NCBI GenBank assembly: GCA_025558095.1
Contig: JAIVFI010000031.1
Span: forward strand, 248,001 to 312,000
Direction of reading: 5' to 3'
DNA: 64,000 nt
DNA from: Hyaloraphidium curvatum SAG 235-1
Lineage: Eukaryota > Fungi > Monoblepharomycota
Part shown: piece by piece, positions 39,070 to 49,582 of the stretch
Numbering within the stretch: position 1 is the stretch's first letter
Layout: every line of letters begins with the position of its first letter
Position numbers and translations under genes: made by a program
The notes under the pieces: generated by a model
Told to the model about the DNA's origin: nothing
Seen by the model: the letters and a program-made list of their open reading frames with translations, nothing else
Database searches by the model: none

Positions 39070-40300
39070 CGCGCCCCGCCGATTCCCGAAGATGATGTGT
39101 CGATGCAGAGATTGCCCGGCGGTGATGCGCGCGGCAGCAGAGCCGTGCGTGTACCGGCCCCGGCGGCGCGGTGTGTCAGCGCTTTAGCCCCTGCCGCTCC
39201 CAGCAGCCGTGCTCCCGAGACGCGGTCCGGGCAATGCGGCGCCTTCAACGATGCGCTACAATAACAGGCGGTACCTGCCGTGCCCGGTCGGCTCGGGCAG
39301 GAGCGACAATTCGGCCGGTGTTTGTATGGCCCAAACAGACGGCGCGAGCGACTACCGCTCACACGACAACCACACACCACACCGAAAACGCCAAGGTACG
39401 CGTTCGCGAAGGTCCAGGAGACGGGGAAGCCACATGAAGATTCTTTACCCATCAATCCCTGACGGAGGAGCTCTGATGAGCCGCCAATGTCGAGACAACA
39501 TGTACCACCGACGGATGGCATCGCAGACCTGGGATGGCGTTTCTGCGTCTAAGAACTGAAAGCTGACCGATTCATCGTGTTTGTGGCAGCTCCAAGCACG
39601 ATCAGAAGGTAACGAGGTGAGCAGCAGGGACCACACACGCAGAACAACTCGGTTGGGGAAGGCGATGAACACAACCATACAAAACCGCCAGTTTTGCTTC
39701 TGATGCTGTCTGATGAAGCCATAATCGCATCTGATTCCTCTCGGACTCGAGCTCTGGGTGGCCTGTTCGTGGAGATGGTCGCTAACCACCTCCGTCCCTC
39801 GCAGTCGTCGGCCGGGTGCCTCGGGAACGCTGTTAGGTGCGTACTGGGGACAAACCCAGAGATGGCCGTCCACGGATGATCTCTTCTATTCCGTGTTTCA
39901 ACTGAGCCTCGGCTCTGACGAACCTTTTTCCCGAATCTGAGGACGGCGACTCGGGGGCGGTTGTGATATGCGCGTTTGCGAGCGCTAACGCCTTGCCTTC
40001 CCCCGCAGAATGCTCGGCATCATGTACATCCCGCCTGCAACAACGATTCGTTTGCGGCCGCGCGGCATCCGCCGGTCCGTCTTGGAACGTCCAAGGTACT
40101 TTCGAACGACCGCATATAGTGTTGCCTCACCGAAAACTGGTGATCGTAACGATTCCTCCGGTCGGAGAGCAAAATCGTTTTCTTTAGAGCAGGCCCGAGC
40201 CTCGGCCGTGAACGGCCTGCGTCAGAGAACTCGGACATCCGTTATTATCGAGAGCTCCCGATTCAGAAGGCATGGATTCCGCCAATACATCCCCGTATCC

Positions 40301-41023
40301 CTACTTCTTCTCGAACTCGGCCATGTCGATCTCGGCTGGGCCCTTGGGCCACGCCCAGAAGCCCTCCCGACGTTTGCCCTTGGCCTTTGGCGTCGGGTTC
40401 TCGTACTCGCGGGCGAGACTGTTGGAGATGAGGGTGTCGGCGATGTTTTGGAGGAGGACGGCGGTGGCTGCGCCGAGCAGGGGATAGCCAAAGGCCTTGG
40501 TGGCCGAGAGAGCTGGACGGGACGGTCAGCCTCCGTCGACACGGCTGATTGATCGCCCGCGACGGTACGCACTCGAAGCTCCGGAGAGCAGTCCGACAAC
40601 TGCACCGCCACCAGCGGCGTTGAAGTTGTCCTCCGTGTCGCGCAGCTGGTTGGCCGTGAACCACGAGCCTGCGACAAAGGCCGAACCCAGGGCGCCTGGG
40701 ACAGTGAAGCGGGTCCCGGAAGATGCCGGTACGTTCCAAGGGACGAATAAAGGCGACGCATTAGGATGGAACCGCACCGGACCGGGATGGGACCCACCGT
40801 ACCACCCGGCGCCCTTCACGGCCGAGCCGAAGATGGCGCGCAGCTGCGGCGTCCTGAACCACCCCATCAGGCCGCCGCCGACGAATCCCGCCCACGCGCC
40901 GCCGAAGCCGCCGGTCGCCACCTCCGTCGCAAACTGCGAGCCGTGGAGCGGGCCAAAGTCCTTCGTGTGGACAAACGCGCGGAGAACAAGGGGCCGGTGC
41001 ACCGGCGCCGAGTCGCCGGCCAT
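40301..41023 (-). CDS. Tim17/22/23-family membrane protein, probably complex I subunit NDUFA11 (B14.7)
   Basis: Gly-rich TM segments, NQLRDTEDNFNAAGGGAVVG motif, last exon ...RREGFWAWP...EFEKK*. Confidence 0.6.
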
Positions 41024-41615
41024 CGCGGGAGGCGGACGCGATGCGATACGCCGGCTGCTCCGCCGGCAGGCTGCGAAGGATTGGAGCGCGGGTGGCACGC
41101 CCGGGTGAGCTCGTCAGGAAGGAGGTCGGTGGGCGGCGACAGACGCACCAAACGCCTCCACTTCGACTTCCTCTGCTCTCGCCGATCTGCCTGAATTGCG
41201 TCCGATTGCAGAACATTCGAATAGAAAATATGACAATCATTTGAATACGCCGAAAAGGTCGCGTATGGTGGCCTGAATGTGGAGTGCCTGGCATTGGTGA
41301 CATCTGGTGTGCGATCGGTCAGATTCGGCGCCTTGAAGTGCCTTCCAAGGGCGGATGAGACTTGCAGAAACGAGCATGCAGGCATACAGTGACTTGAGAC
41401 CGGGGAACGCCTCGAAGGCCGATACGGGCGGGCCGCGCTCAGGTCGCGCTCGAGTCGCGTCTCGCATCACAACACAACACGGAGTGTGAATCAACAGAGC
41501 ACCGAAATTTGGCCCGCTGTTCCCGGCGGAACCTCCGGAAACACAGCGCCGCGCTCGAGCCATTTGCAGTCGCCTGATCCGGGCGCCGCTGTCGCGTTCG
41601 GAGCGTGATTGCGAC

Positions 41616-42329
41616 ATGTCCGCCGTGAGTGACAACAACGGCGGCCACCGCGCTCCCGCTGACGCCGCGCAGTCCGCGTCGCTTGCAGCACCGCAGCCGC
41701 CTTGGCCCGACCACGGCTCGTACACTCGCCGCCCCGTGACACCGCTTCGCGCGGCCGCCGACGAATGGAAGGCCGTCTTCTCGCCCAACGCGTCGCGCGC
41801 GGCCGGCCTGCTGGTCGAGCTCGCGGCACGCGCGAACGCCTCGAGCAGCCCGGGATACCTCAGCACGTCGGCGCCCGCCCTCGCGCCGCACGGCAAGCTG
41901 CTGGCCGGCGTGCGCCCCGAGATGAATGCCAAAGCTCCGGGCTCGCCGCCGGCATTCTCGTTCATGCGCTTCACGACGTCGCCGATCCTGGCTCCCGCCG
42001 AGGGCGATGCTCTTTTCGACTACGAAACGGACGAGGCCGAATCCGAATCCGAGTACGGGTCGTCCTCGACCTCCCTGGGCACGTCGCTGCAGAAGCTCGA
42101 CTTCAGCGGCACGGACTGCGACACCGAAGCCGAGGGGCTCAGCGACGGCGGGGACACGGACATGGACAAGACCGAGGACGAAGCCGCAGGCATGCGCCGG
42201 GCTGCGCGGGCGGCCCGGAAGGGCATTTCCGCTGTGTCTTCCGGACGCGCGAGGAAGAAGAAGGTCACCCGGCGCCGATTCGGCAGCGTGCGCCGCCGAA
42301 AATCCGGGGCGCGCAAAAACACCGTCTGA
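41616..42329 (+). CDS. Hypothetical low-complexity protein (237 aa; acidic tract then basic C-terminus)
   Basis: ATG-started single-exon ORF with host-like GC3; no recognisable domain. Confidence 0.5.
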   Translation: MSAVSDNNGGHRAPADAAQSASLAAPQPPWPDHGSYTRRPVTPLRAAADEWKAVFSPNASRAAGLLVELAARANASSSPGYLSTSAPALAPHGKLLAGVRPEMNAKAPGSPPAFSFMRFTTSPILAPAEGDALFDYETDEAESESEYGSSSTSLGTSLQKLDFSGTDCDTEAEGLSDGGDTDMDKTEDEAAGMRRAARAARKGISAVSSGRARKKKVTRRRFGSVRRRKSGARKNTV

Positions 42330-42361
42330 GGCGGTCGGATCTCGTGCTGCTATTCCTGCCA

Positions 42362-44689
42362 CTACATCGCAGAGAGCTTTTTCTTTGGGAACAGCAGCCG
42401 CATCTCCTTCAGCGTCCTATCGAGCGTATCCCTGAACTTCAGAACCTCCCGTCTCCTCCCGATGGGATCCTTGCGACAGCATATCGTGAACCTGAGTTGC
42501 CCGTCTTCGATCGCATAGTTTATACCGAAACCGTCCGGCACCGCCGGAGCGAAACCGCCGTGGTAGTACGTTCCTGGAGAAACGTTGGATGTGGAGAGCC
42601 CGAAGCGGTTGTTGCGCGCATACACCGCGTCTGAGAACAAGGAGTCGGAGTTGGACGCCTCTGTCTCGGTCATGAGCGACTGCAGCGCCAGGAAGTGACG
42701 GTCAAAGGCCCGGCCTTGTACAGCATCCTTCATGTAATCGCGGTGGGCCGTGGCCGCTTTGCGGAAGAGTTCCGCCTTCTCCTCGTACTAGGACAGAACA
42801 TGCCATGTTAGCCTCGGGCACAATGCCATTTGCCGTTGGAATGCACGCACCAGCACGTCGTCGTCGTCGAAGGCCCGCGCGAACTCGAGGCTCTCTTGGG
42901 AAAGCGAACGGCACGTTTCCGTCCGTCCGCGGCTGAAGAGCCTGCCCGTGGCCGTCTCGTAGGTCGCGGTCGGCTCGCCTCGGAACCGGAGCCAGGCAAC
43001 CTGCATAGCCATCTGCACGTACGAGTCCGGCGCCGTGCGGGCTACCTCGCGGATGTACTGGCTCCCGTAAAGCCTAAAGCGGAGAATGGCCACGTCGACC
43101 TTGAGCGACAATTCCTTGGCGTTCTCCAAAGCCTTGTTGATGCCCTTTTGGACGGGGTTGCTGACTTTGAAGGTGAGCTTCCTCGGGGCGGGCATTTGTA
43201 CGTCGCGGTCTTCGACCGTCGCGGGAGCCGACTCGCTGTGAAACCGTGAGATCGATGGAGCTTCGCCGAGGCCATGCGATGCCCACCTTGCAAGCGCATA
43301 GTCCAAGGCCGTGCAGGTGACCACGGCATCGCAAGGCGAGTGCTCCCCATTCAAGCCGGCGCGACCGTTGTTGGCAACAATGATCTGCACTGCCTTGTCG
43401 AACCACCGGTTCTTGGCCTTGTGGAACCACTGCTTGTACGCAACCTCCTCGTCATTCTCGAGCGAGTAGTCGTCCAGATTCAGCACGAAGAGGGCTTCCT
43501 CGATCGCCTCCAGCGAGCGCACGTTCTCCTCCGAGATCTGTGTGAGCTTTCTCCGCAACGTGCTCCATGTGGCGCGCGGCTCGGCCGTGAGAATGGCAAC
43601 GTTGGGTTCCGGAGGCGTCTCGAGCGCATCCCTCGTTACCATGAACAGCTGGCTGTAGGCGGCAATCGAGGCGTCACAACCTGCTCAGCTGGAAAACAGC
43701 GAAGATCCCACTTTTCCAGCTCCCGGACAGAAAGAGGCCCTCCATCCTCGGGAACAACTGGCACGAGATACGGCTGGTTCCGCGCCATCACGATGATGTG
43801 TCGCGCCAGGTTCGGGAACCGTGAGATGAGGACATCCTCGATCAGACCCGGTCGCCTGTAGGCTCCAAAAAGATGGCGGAACTGGTCCATACACAGCGGC
43901 TTGCCGTTGAGCTGCTGCGGCTCAACCCGACCTCTGCCAGAACAGCCGCCGGTCAGATGGCCCCAAGTCGGGCGCTCCACGGTACCCACCCAAGTAGAAG
44001 GGAATGAAATCGCAAAAGATTCTGGGTCAAGATAGCGGCGCGGCGGATTTGGAAAGCGGTGAAAGTCCCCTTGGGCGAAGGCATGTCCAGGTGTGCGGAT
44101 GGCTGCTCCGGGTGGTCACGCAGCTGGCACCACCAGTTGGAGTTTATCGGCAGCGGATCGCGGCTTTCCAAGTAGGCTTTGCGCAGCCAAATATCCTCGA
44201 GCCATGACTCCTGTTGCGGTGGAAGCGATGGTGTCAACGCGAGGTTCCCGGCAACCGCGGAAACATCCCTACCGGCTGCTCGGCGTCATGGTCCTGCAAT
44301 CTCTTCTGCAAAATGGATCCCAACCCTCCAGCGCCCAGGAAAGCCTCGACTCGGCGCTCAGTCGCGTCGAACTCGTCGTCCGTCGTCAAAGGTCGGACGG
44401 ACTTCAGGTACCGTTCACAAGAGTCCTCCAGAGACGGCACCGGTAGGCGCGGCAAGGGCCTAGGATTCAGCGTCGTCACGCCACCCGCGTCGTGGGTCGA
44501 CGATGAGGGCGCGTAGGCCACAGCCGCGGGCGAGGACCTCGACGACCCGAAGCCACGTCGCGGTCCTGCCGACATCCCCCCAGCGGGAGCCCGGGGGCTG
44601 CACGGAACGCGAGCACCGAGGCACTCTCCCGCGTCCGTCGCCAGGAAATGGCGGTGGAGGCTCGCGACGCGGAGGAGGCGCGCCCGCAT
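42362..44689 (-). CDS. Carnitine/choline O-acyltransferase (CPT2/Cat2-like)
   Basis: LPRLPVPSLE, SWLEDIW..AYL..RDPLPINSN, NRWFDK, GLNGEHSPCDA, TYETATGRLFSRGRTETCRS, DRHFLAL, GFAPAVPDGFGINY. Confidence 0.92.
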
Positions 44690-44804
44690 CGTCGTTTGTT
44701 GTTGACACCAGGAGTTGGCGTTGCGCGACATGATGCGCCCGCGTCGCGCTCCTTCGCCGCCGCGGCAAACTGCCTTGCTAGCAACTCTTTCCTGACAAGC
44801 GTGT

Positions 44805-47651
44805 CTATTGTGCCGCCAGGGCAGTCCTTGCAGCTTCACCTATAGCGTCGCCGCGCTTCACCAAAGTCTTCAGCAGCCCGACGCCTCCGGATCGCTCCAC
44901 AGACTCCCGGCATTTGCCCCCAGCCAGGATAAGGTTCTTCAAGATCTCGGCACCCCGATGCTGAATCTCCGGCTGCTGCGATTCCCGAACTAGATCGCAC
45001 ACGTGCGAGATGGCTCGTTCGATCTCGCAGAGCGATCGGCAGACCTCCTCCGACATGCCCGACAGGATCGCCAAGGTGCCCGACGCCGCCCGACGGGTTG
45101 CGAAGTCGTCGACGGAACACAGCGCAACCATAGTCTTGAGGCGGTTGGATGGGAGGTGCGACTGGGGCTTCCTGTCCGCGTCCGGCGCACCAAGGAACGA
45201 TCGGAACACCTCCGGCTGATAAACCATGTTGCAGAAAAGCTCGGTGGATGCTCTTTGCAGCAGGACAGTGTCCGATAGGAGTTGCGCCTCCGCCTCCTTC
45301 ATGGCGCCTTGGGCCACGATGCGGTTCATCACGTCTGCCCCAAGCTCCCCTTCCACGCTTGCAAAGTTCGTCAGGGCGAGGAGCGCCTCGAAGGTGTGTA
45401 AACCCGTGCTCTCCCGCGAGGACATCAGGCACGTCACTATGGGGCGGATGACGTCTAGCATTTGTCCTCCCTTGAAGGCGACCTCGGGATCAATCGAGAT
45501 TGCGATTCGCGCCAAGCACTGCGCAGCCGCAATGCGCGTCGCCATGGGGAAAGCCTCCGCAACAGAGATCCGAAAAAGCACGGGAACGAAACCCCGTTGG
45601 ACCGCCAGTCCGCGGGTCCTGACGGCCGTTTGCTGGTCCGTCGTGAGGTTGAGCACAGTCTGGACCACCAGGCCCGCCGTGGACAACGGTAGACCCTCGG
45701 AGCTCCGGCTGCGCTGTGCCACGATTGCAGCCACGGCGTCGAGCGCGCCAAGAGACACCAGAACCTGGCATCTCTTGTCCACGGACTCGTTGTCTTCGAA
45801 GCGTGGATTGATCTCCGTGTCCAGCTTCTTGGCGAAAGCCTGGATCTTGCGGATATGCGCTTCTTCCTCCGAGACCTTGGGCTTGTACACGCTCAGGTTG
45901 TGCAGAACGCCGAGAATCCCAAAGTGAATGACTAAGAGCTCCGAGGGCGACGCCTTTGGCGCCGCAGTTCCCTTGGCGAGACCAATCAGAACGTTCAAGA
46001 GCTCCGTGTTCCGGCAGAGTATCTCCTTGCACAGAGGCTGCAGGGTTATGAAGACCAGGGACTCGATGGCGTCCTGAACGTTCGATAGTGCGATATCGAT
46101 CTCGGATCTGGGTGCGTCTTTGCGCGTCGCAGCGCCAACCTCTTGCGTTACCCGCGACGAAAGGAACTTGACCATTTCCGCGATGCTCAATGTGGACGAT
46201 ATCCTCGCCCTGGCGTCCACAGCTTCTGGCCCGTCGGCCGAAACAAACATGAGCTTGATTAGGGCCGCCAGAGCCTGCGTTCTGGCCGCGGCCATGCCAG
46301 GCGAGCCTTCGGAATCGGAGCCAGCTATCGACAAGAGCAGGTCCAGCGCAGAGGTCGTCGCGACGACCTTGCGAACCTCCTCATCGACGCATCCAGCTGC
46401 GATGAGAGCCGCCGTGGCCCGCTGCAGGTCCGCCGTCTGCTCTTTTCGCCCTTTCGAAGCCGTCACTTCGCGGTGTGCTTCCGCGTAATCCACAAGGGAA
46501 GGCAACAGCCCGGGGCGGAGGAGCACGGCTTTGGAATACTTGGCGGATGCCAGAAGCACGAGAGTCAGTGCTCGCAGACCCCTGAGATGCTCCTCCTCCG
46601 ATCCTCCAATCCACTTGTCAGCGACGGTGACTACCTGCCCTAGCACCTTGGCAGACTTCGACTCGTCCTCGTCGGTGCCGGATATCGTCATGAGCCGCGC
46701 GAGAGCAGCAGACAAGGCCTGCGTGACTTTGGGTGACTTTGCGCCGGCGAATCCAAGCAGCACCTCCACGACCGAGCGGTCCTCTTCCATCAAGGTGTCC
46801 ACGGCACGCACGTCCGTCAGGAGCCTACCGAGCAAGACCAGGAGGGAAGCATCGAGGTCCTCATCGAACTCCTCGTTCTGATCCGTCGCCCTACGATGCC
46901 GCGAAAGGGCAAGAACCGCAAGGAGACGGTGCAGAACTTCGGCACGAAGGCTCAGTGCGTCCTGACGGCTCGGACCGGCCTCGATCGCCATAGCAACGTA
47001 CGAAGTCGCAAACTCGAAGGAGCTGTTGATTCTTTCCTGAATCAACGCTTGGTAAGCTGCGTCTCCAGGGCGATCCATCGCGGTGTAGTCGGGCATCCAA
47101 GCAGTTTCCAGGGCTGACGAATCGACAAACGAGAACGAGTCTGCCCCTTTCAACTCACGCAGACATCCACGAAGGAAACTAAGAAGCTGAAGACGCAGCT
47201 TCTCCAAGTCCATGCCCTCCTCCTCGCTGCGGCCCGTTTCGAACGTCCGTGCGAAGGCTCTCCCCGCCGCGGGCGCCAGGGAAACGCGCTCCTTGACGGG
47301 CAGAGTGCTCAGGTGCCGCACCAACAAGGTCTTCTGTCCGATCTGGCACAGCTCCGTGGGCAGACCGACAAAGAACAGCGCGGTTTCGCCGTCGGGGATG
47401 CCGTTGGCCTGTCCGCGTGCGAATGGTGAGCCCGATTTGCATTCGGCACTTGCCGCGGCAGTACTCGCCAATGACTCCGTTAGCTTGGTCACTAGTCTGG
47501 CGAATGCAGCGTGGGTTGTCTCCGGGAGCGTGTCCTCCCGTTGAATGTCCTCGGCGGCGGACCGCGCCAGCTTCCATGCTTCGCGAAAGTCACGCTTCGC
47601 GACAGCTTCTGCAGCACCGGACAGGGAACTCGAAGCCATTTTGTCTTCCAT
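44805..47651 (-). CDS. UCS-domain myosin chaperone (She4/Cro1/UNC-45-like)
   Basis: ARM-like repeats; RGLAVQRG, AAQCLARIAISIDP, FEALLALTNFAS, QRASTELFCNM, TRRAASGTLAIL, IQHRG. Confidence 0.88.
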   Translation of the reverse strand: MEDKMASSSLSGAAEAVAKRDFREAWKLARSAAEDIQREDTLPETTHAAFARLVTKLTESLASTAAASAECKSGSPFARGQANGIPDGETALFFVGLPTELCQIGQKTLLVRHLSTLPVKERVSLAPAAGRAFARTFETGRSEEEGMDLEKLRLQLLSFLRGCLRELKGADSFSFVDSSALETAWMPDYTAMDRPGDAAYQALIQERINSSFEFATSYVAMAIEAGPSRQDALSLRAEVLHRLLAVLALSRHRRATDQNEEFDEDLDASLLVLLGRLLTDVRAVDTLMEEDRSVVEVLLGFAGAKSPKVTQALSAALARLMTISGTDEDESKSAKVLGQVVTVADKWIGGSEEEHLRGLRALTLVLLASAKYSKAVLLRPGLLPSLVDYAEAHREVTASKGRKEQTADLQRATAALIAAGCVDEEVRKVVATTSALDLLLSIAGSDSEGSPGMAAARTQALAALIKLMFVSADGPEAVDARARISSTLSIAEMVKFLSSRVTQEVGAATRKDAPRSEIDIALSNVQDAIESLVFITLQPLCKEILCRNTELLNVLIGLAKGTAAPKASPSELLVIHFGILGVLHNLSVYKPKVSEEEAHIRKIQAFAKKLDTEINPRFEDNESVDKRCQVLVSLGALDAVAAIVAQRSRSSEGLPLSTAGLVVQTVLNLTTDQQTAVRTRGLAVQRGFVPVLFRISVAEAFPMATRIAAAQCLARIAISIDPEVAFKGGQMLDVIRPIVTCLMSSRESTGLHTFEALLALTNFASVEGELGADVMNRIVAQGAMKEAEAQLLSDTVLLQRASTELFCNMVYQPEVFRSFLGAPDADRKPQSHLPSNRLKTMVALCSVDDFATRRAASGTLAILSGMSEEVCRSLCEIERAISHVCDLVRESQQPEIQHRGAEILKNLILAGGKCRESVERSGGVGLLKTLVKRGDAIGEAARTALAAQ

Positions 47652-47745
47652 TTCGGCGCGTCTCCGCAAGGGCGGCGGGCTGCCGCCGCGCGCGCGCGGT
47701 CAAGCAACCTCTCACAGCACGAGACGGTCACCGCCGGTGTCGAGC

Positions 47746-49566
47746 ATGTCGGCCGCCGGCGGCAGCGATGGCCGCGAAAGCGTGCTCGGCAGATCGCTGG
47801 CGGGGGCAGCGAATCTGATATCGGCCAACGCTTTCTCGCGCATCTTGACATTCGCGCTGAACCAGGTGCTGCTCATGTATTTTACCACCCCGGCCGTGCT
47901 CGGCGTGGTCCATGTGCAGTTGGAGCTGCTCCTGAGCACGATCTTGTTTCTCGGACGCGAACCTGCGAGGATGACGGTCCTGCGGCAGCCAGCGGGCCCG
48001 GAAGGCGCCGGGAAGTCGGGCCGAACACGTGCGGAGGCGGCCAAGGTGACGCTGCGAAGCATCGTGGACCTCTCGTACATTTCCATTGGCATCGGAGCAT
48101 GCCTCACTTTCCTTGTTACTGGCCTCTTTGCATTCCGATCTGGTGGTCGGGTAGGCTTGAAGACCGAACACGTGCTTTACGCCGGGGCATCTCTGCTGGA
48201 GCTGCTCGCGGAGCCCATGTATCTCGTTGGTCAGCATCGGATGATGCTCTCCCAGCGAGCGCAGGTGGAGGCTTTGGCCGCGACTGGCAAGACAGCCGCG
48301 ATCGTGGCTGCGATGGCGTACTTCTACGCCTCGGGAAGCGCCAGCGCGCAACGCACGGGGCCCGTGACGGAGCAGGAAGCCATCGTTGCCTTTGCTGTCG
48401 GGCAGCTTGCTTACGGACTTGCAACCCTGTTGGCGTGGGTCGTGCAGTGGCGAAAGGAGTTTGGGCGGATCCACAAAGCCGTAGGCACGGGCAAGAAGGG
48501 CGACTCGAGCTCCAATGGACCCCAGGAAAATGGCGCCGAAGAGAGCTCATTGGCGGCGGCCGGCTTTGCGGGTTTCTTTCCGGGCGGCTTTGGGACCCGC
48601 GGAGAGTCTCGTTCGTCGGTCGGCCCGTTCTTCTTCTCCTACTGCATCCAAACCGTGCTCAAGTTCCTCCTTAACGAAGGCGATCGTCTGCTTCTTAACT
48701 GGTTCGCTTCGCTGGAGCAGCAGGGAGTCTGGGCCTTTGTATTCAACTACGGTACTATCTCCGCCGCTCGCTTCGGGGCATGGTATTGACACAAACGCTT
48801 GTCAGGATCGCTGGTCGTCCGCATTCTCTTTCTCCCGGTGGAGGATTCCCTCAGAGCGTTCATGTCTAAATCCGACACCGGCACTCCCGCTGGACGGAAG
48901 GCTCTGGCGGGCGTCCTTTCGACGATCCTGCACATCTACCTGACCTACCTCGCCCTGCCGATGTGGTTCCTGGCGCCGGCGTTTGCGGAACCGTTGGTGG
49001 CGCTCGTGGGAGGTGCGGGCTGGCTGAAGACGGGCACAGCGGGCGCGCTGGCCGTCTACTGCTGCTTCCTGCCCGTGCTGGCGTCCAATGGGGTGACGGA
49101 AGCCTTCGTGCAGACCCTGGCGGATTCGGCAACGATGAGCCGATATTCGTCGCGGCTCGTCCTGTTTTGGATCGCGTTCGCGGGATCGGCCTGGGCTCTA
49201 ATGGTCGGCTTCGTACACTGGGGCGCCGCGGGCATGATATGCGCCGCCGCCCTCAACGCCGCCCTCCGCCTCGAGTGGGGCCTGCGGTACGCGGCAAGCC
49301 AGCTCAACGCCGGCGAGCGCGAACCGCAGTTTTCCGTCCGCAAGCTGTTTGCCGACGACGCCGCGACCTGGGCAGCTTGGTTCGCGGCTTCGTTGGCCTC
49401 GCGCCAGGTGACGGCATTAGCAGCCTCACTGAGTCTGCGACCCTCGATGCGGAACCTCACGACCCTGGCGCTCGGCGCGGTGCTCGGTGTCGTCTGCATA
49501 TCGTTCACCGCGTACCGCGATCGCGCCTTTTGGCGGCGGGCGGCCGAGCTCCGGAGGCAGCTCTGA
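47746..49566 (+). CDS. RFT1: Rft1 oligosaccharide translocation protein
   Basis: SRILTFALNQ, QLELLLSTILFLGRE, ELLAEP, KFLLNEGDR, QGVWAFVFNY|GSLVVRILFLPVE, NGVTEAF. Confidence 0.92.
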
Positions 49567-49582
49567 GCTGCCGGCGCGGCCC

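Noticed and set aside
42362-42385. C-terminal KKKLSAM as a peroxisomal PTS1 on the carnitine acyltransferase
   Set aside because: SAM lacks the basic middle residue of the PTS1 consensus; too weak to claim.
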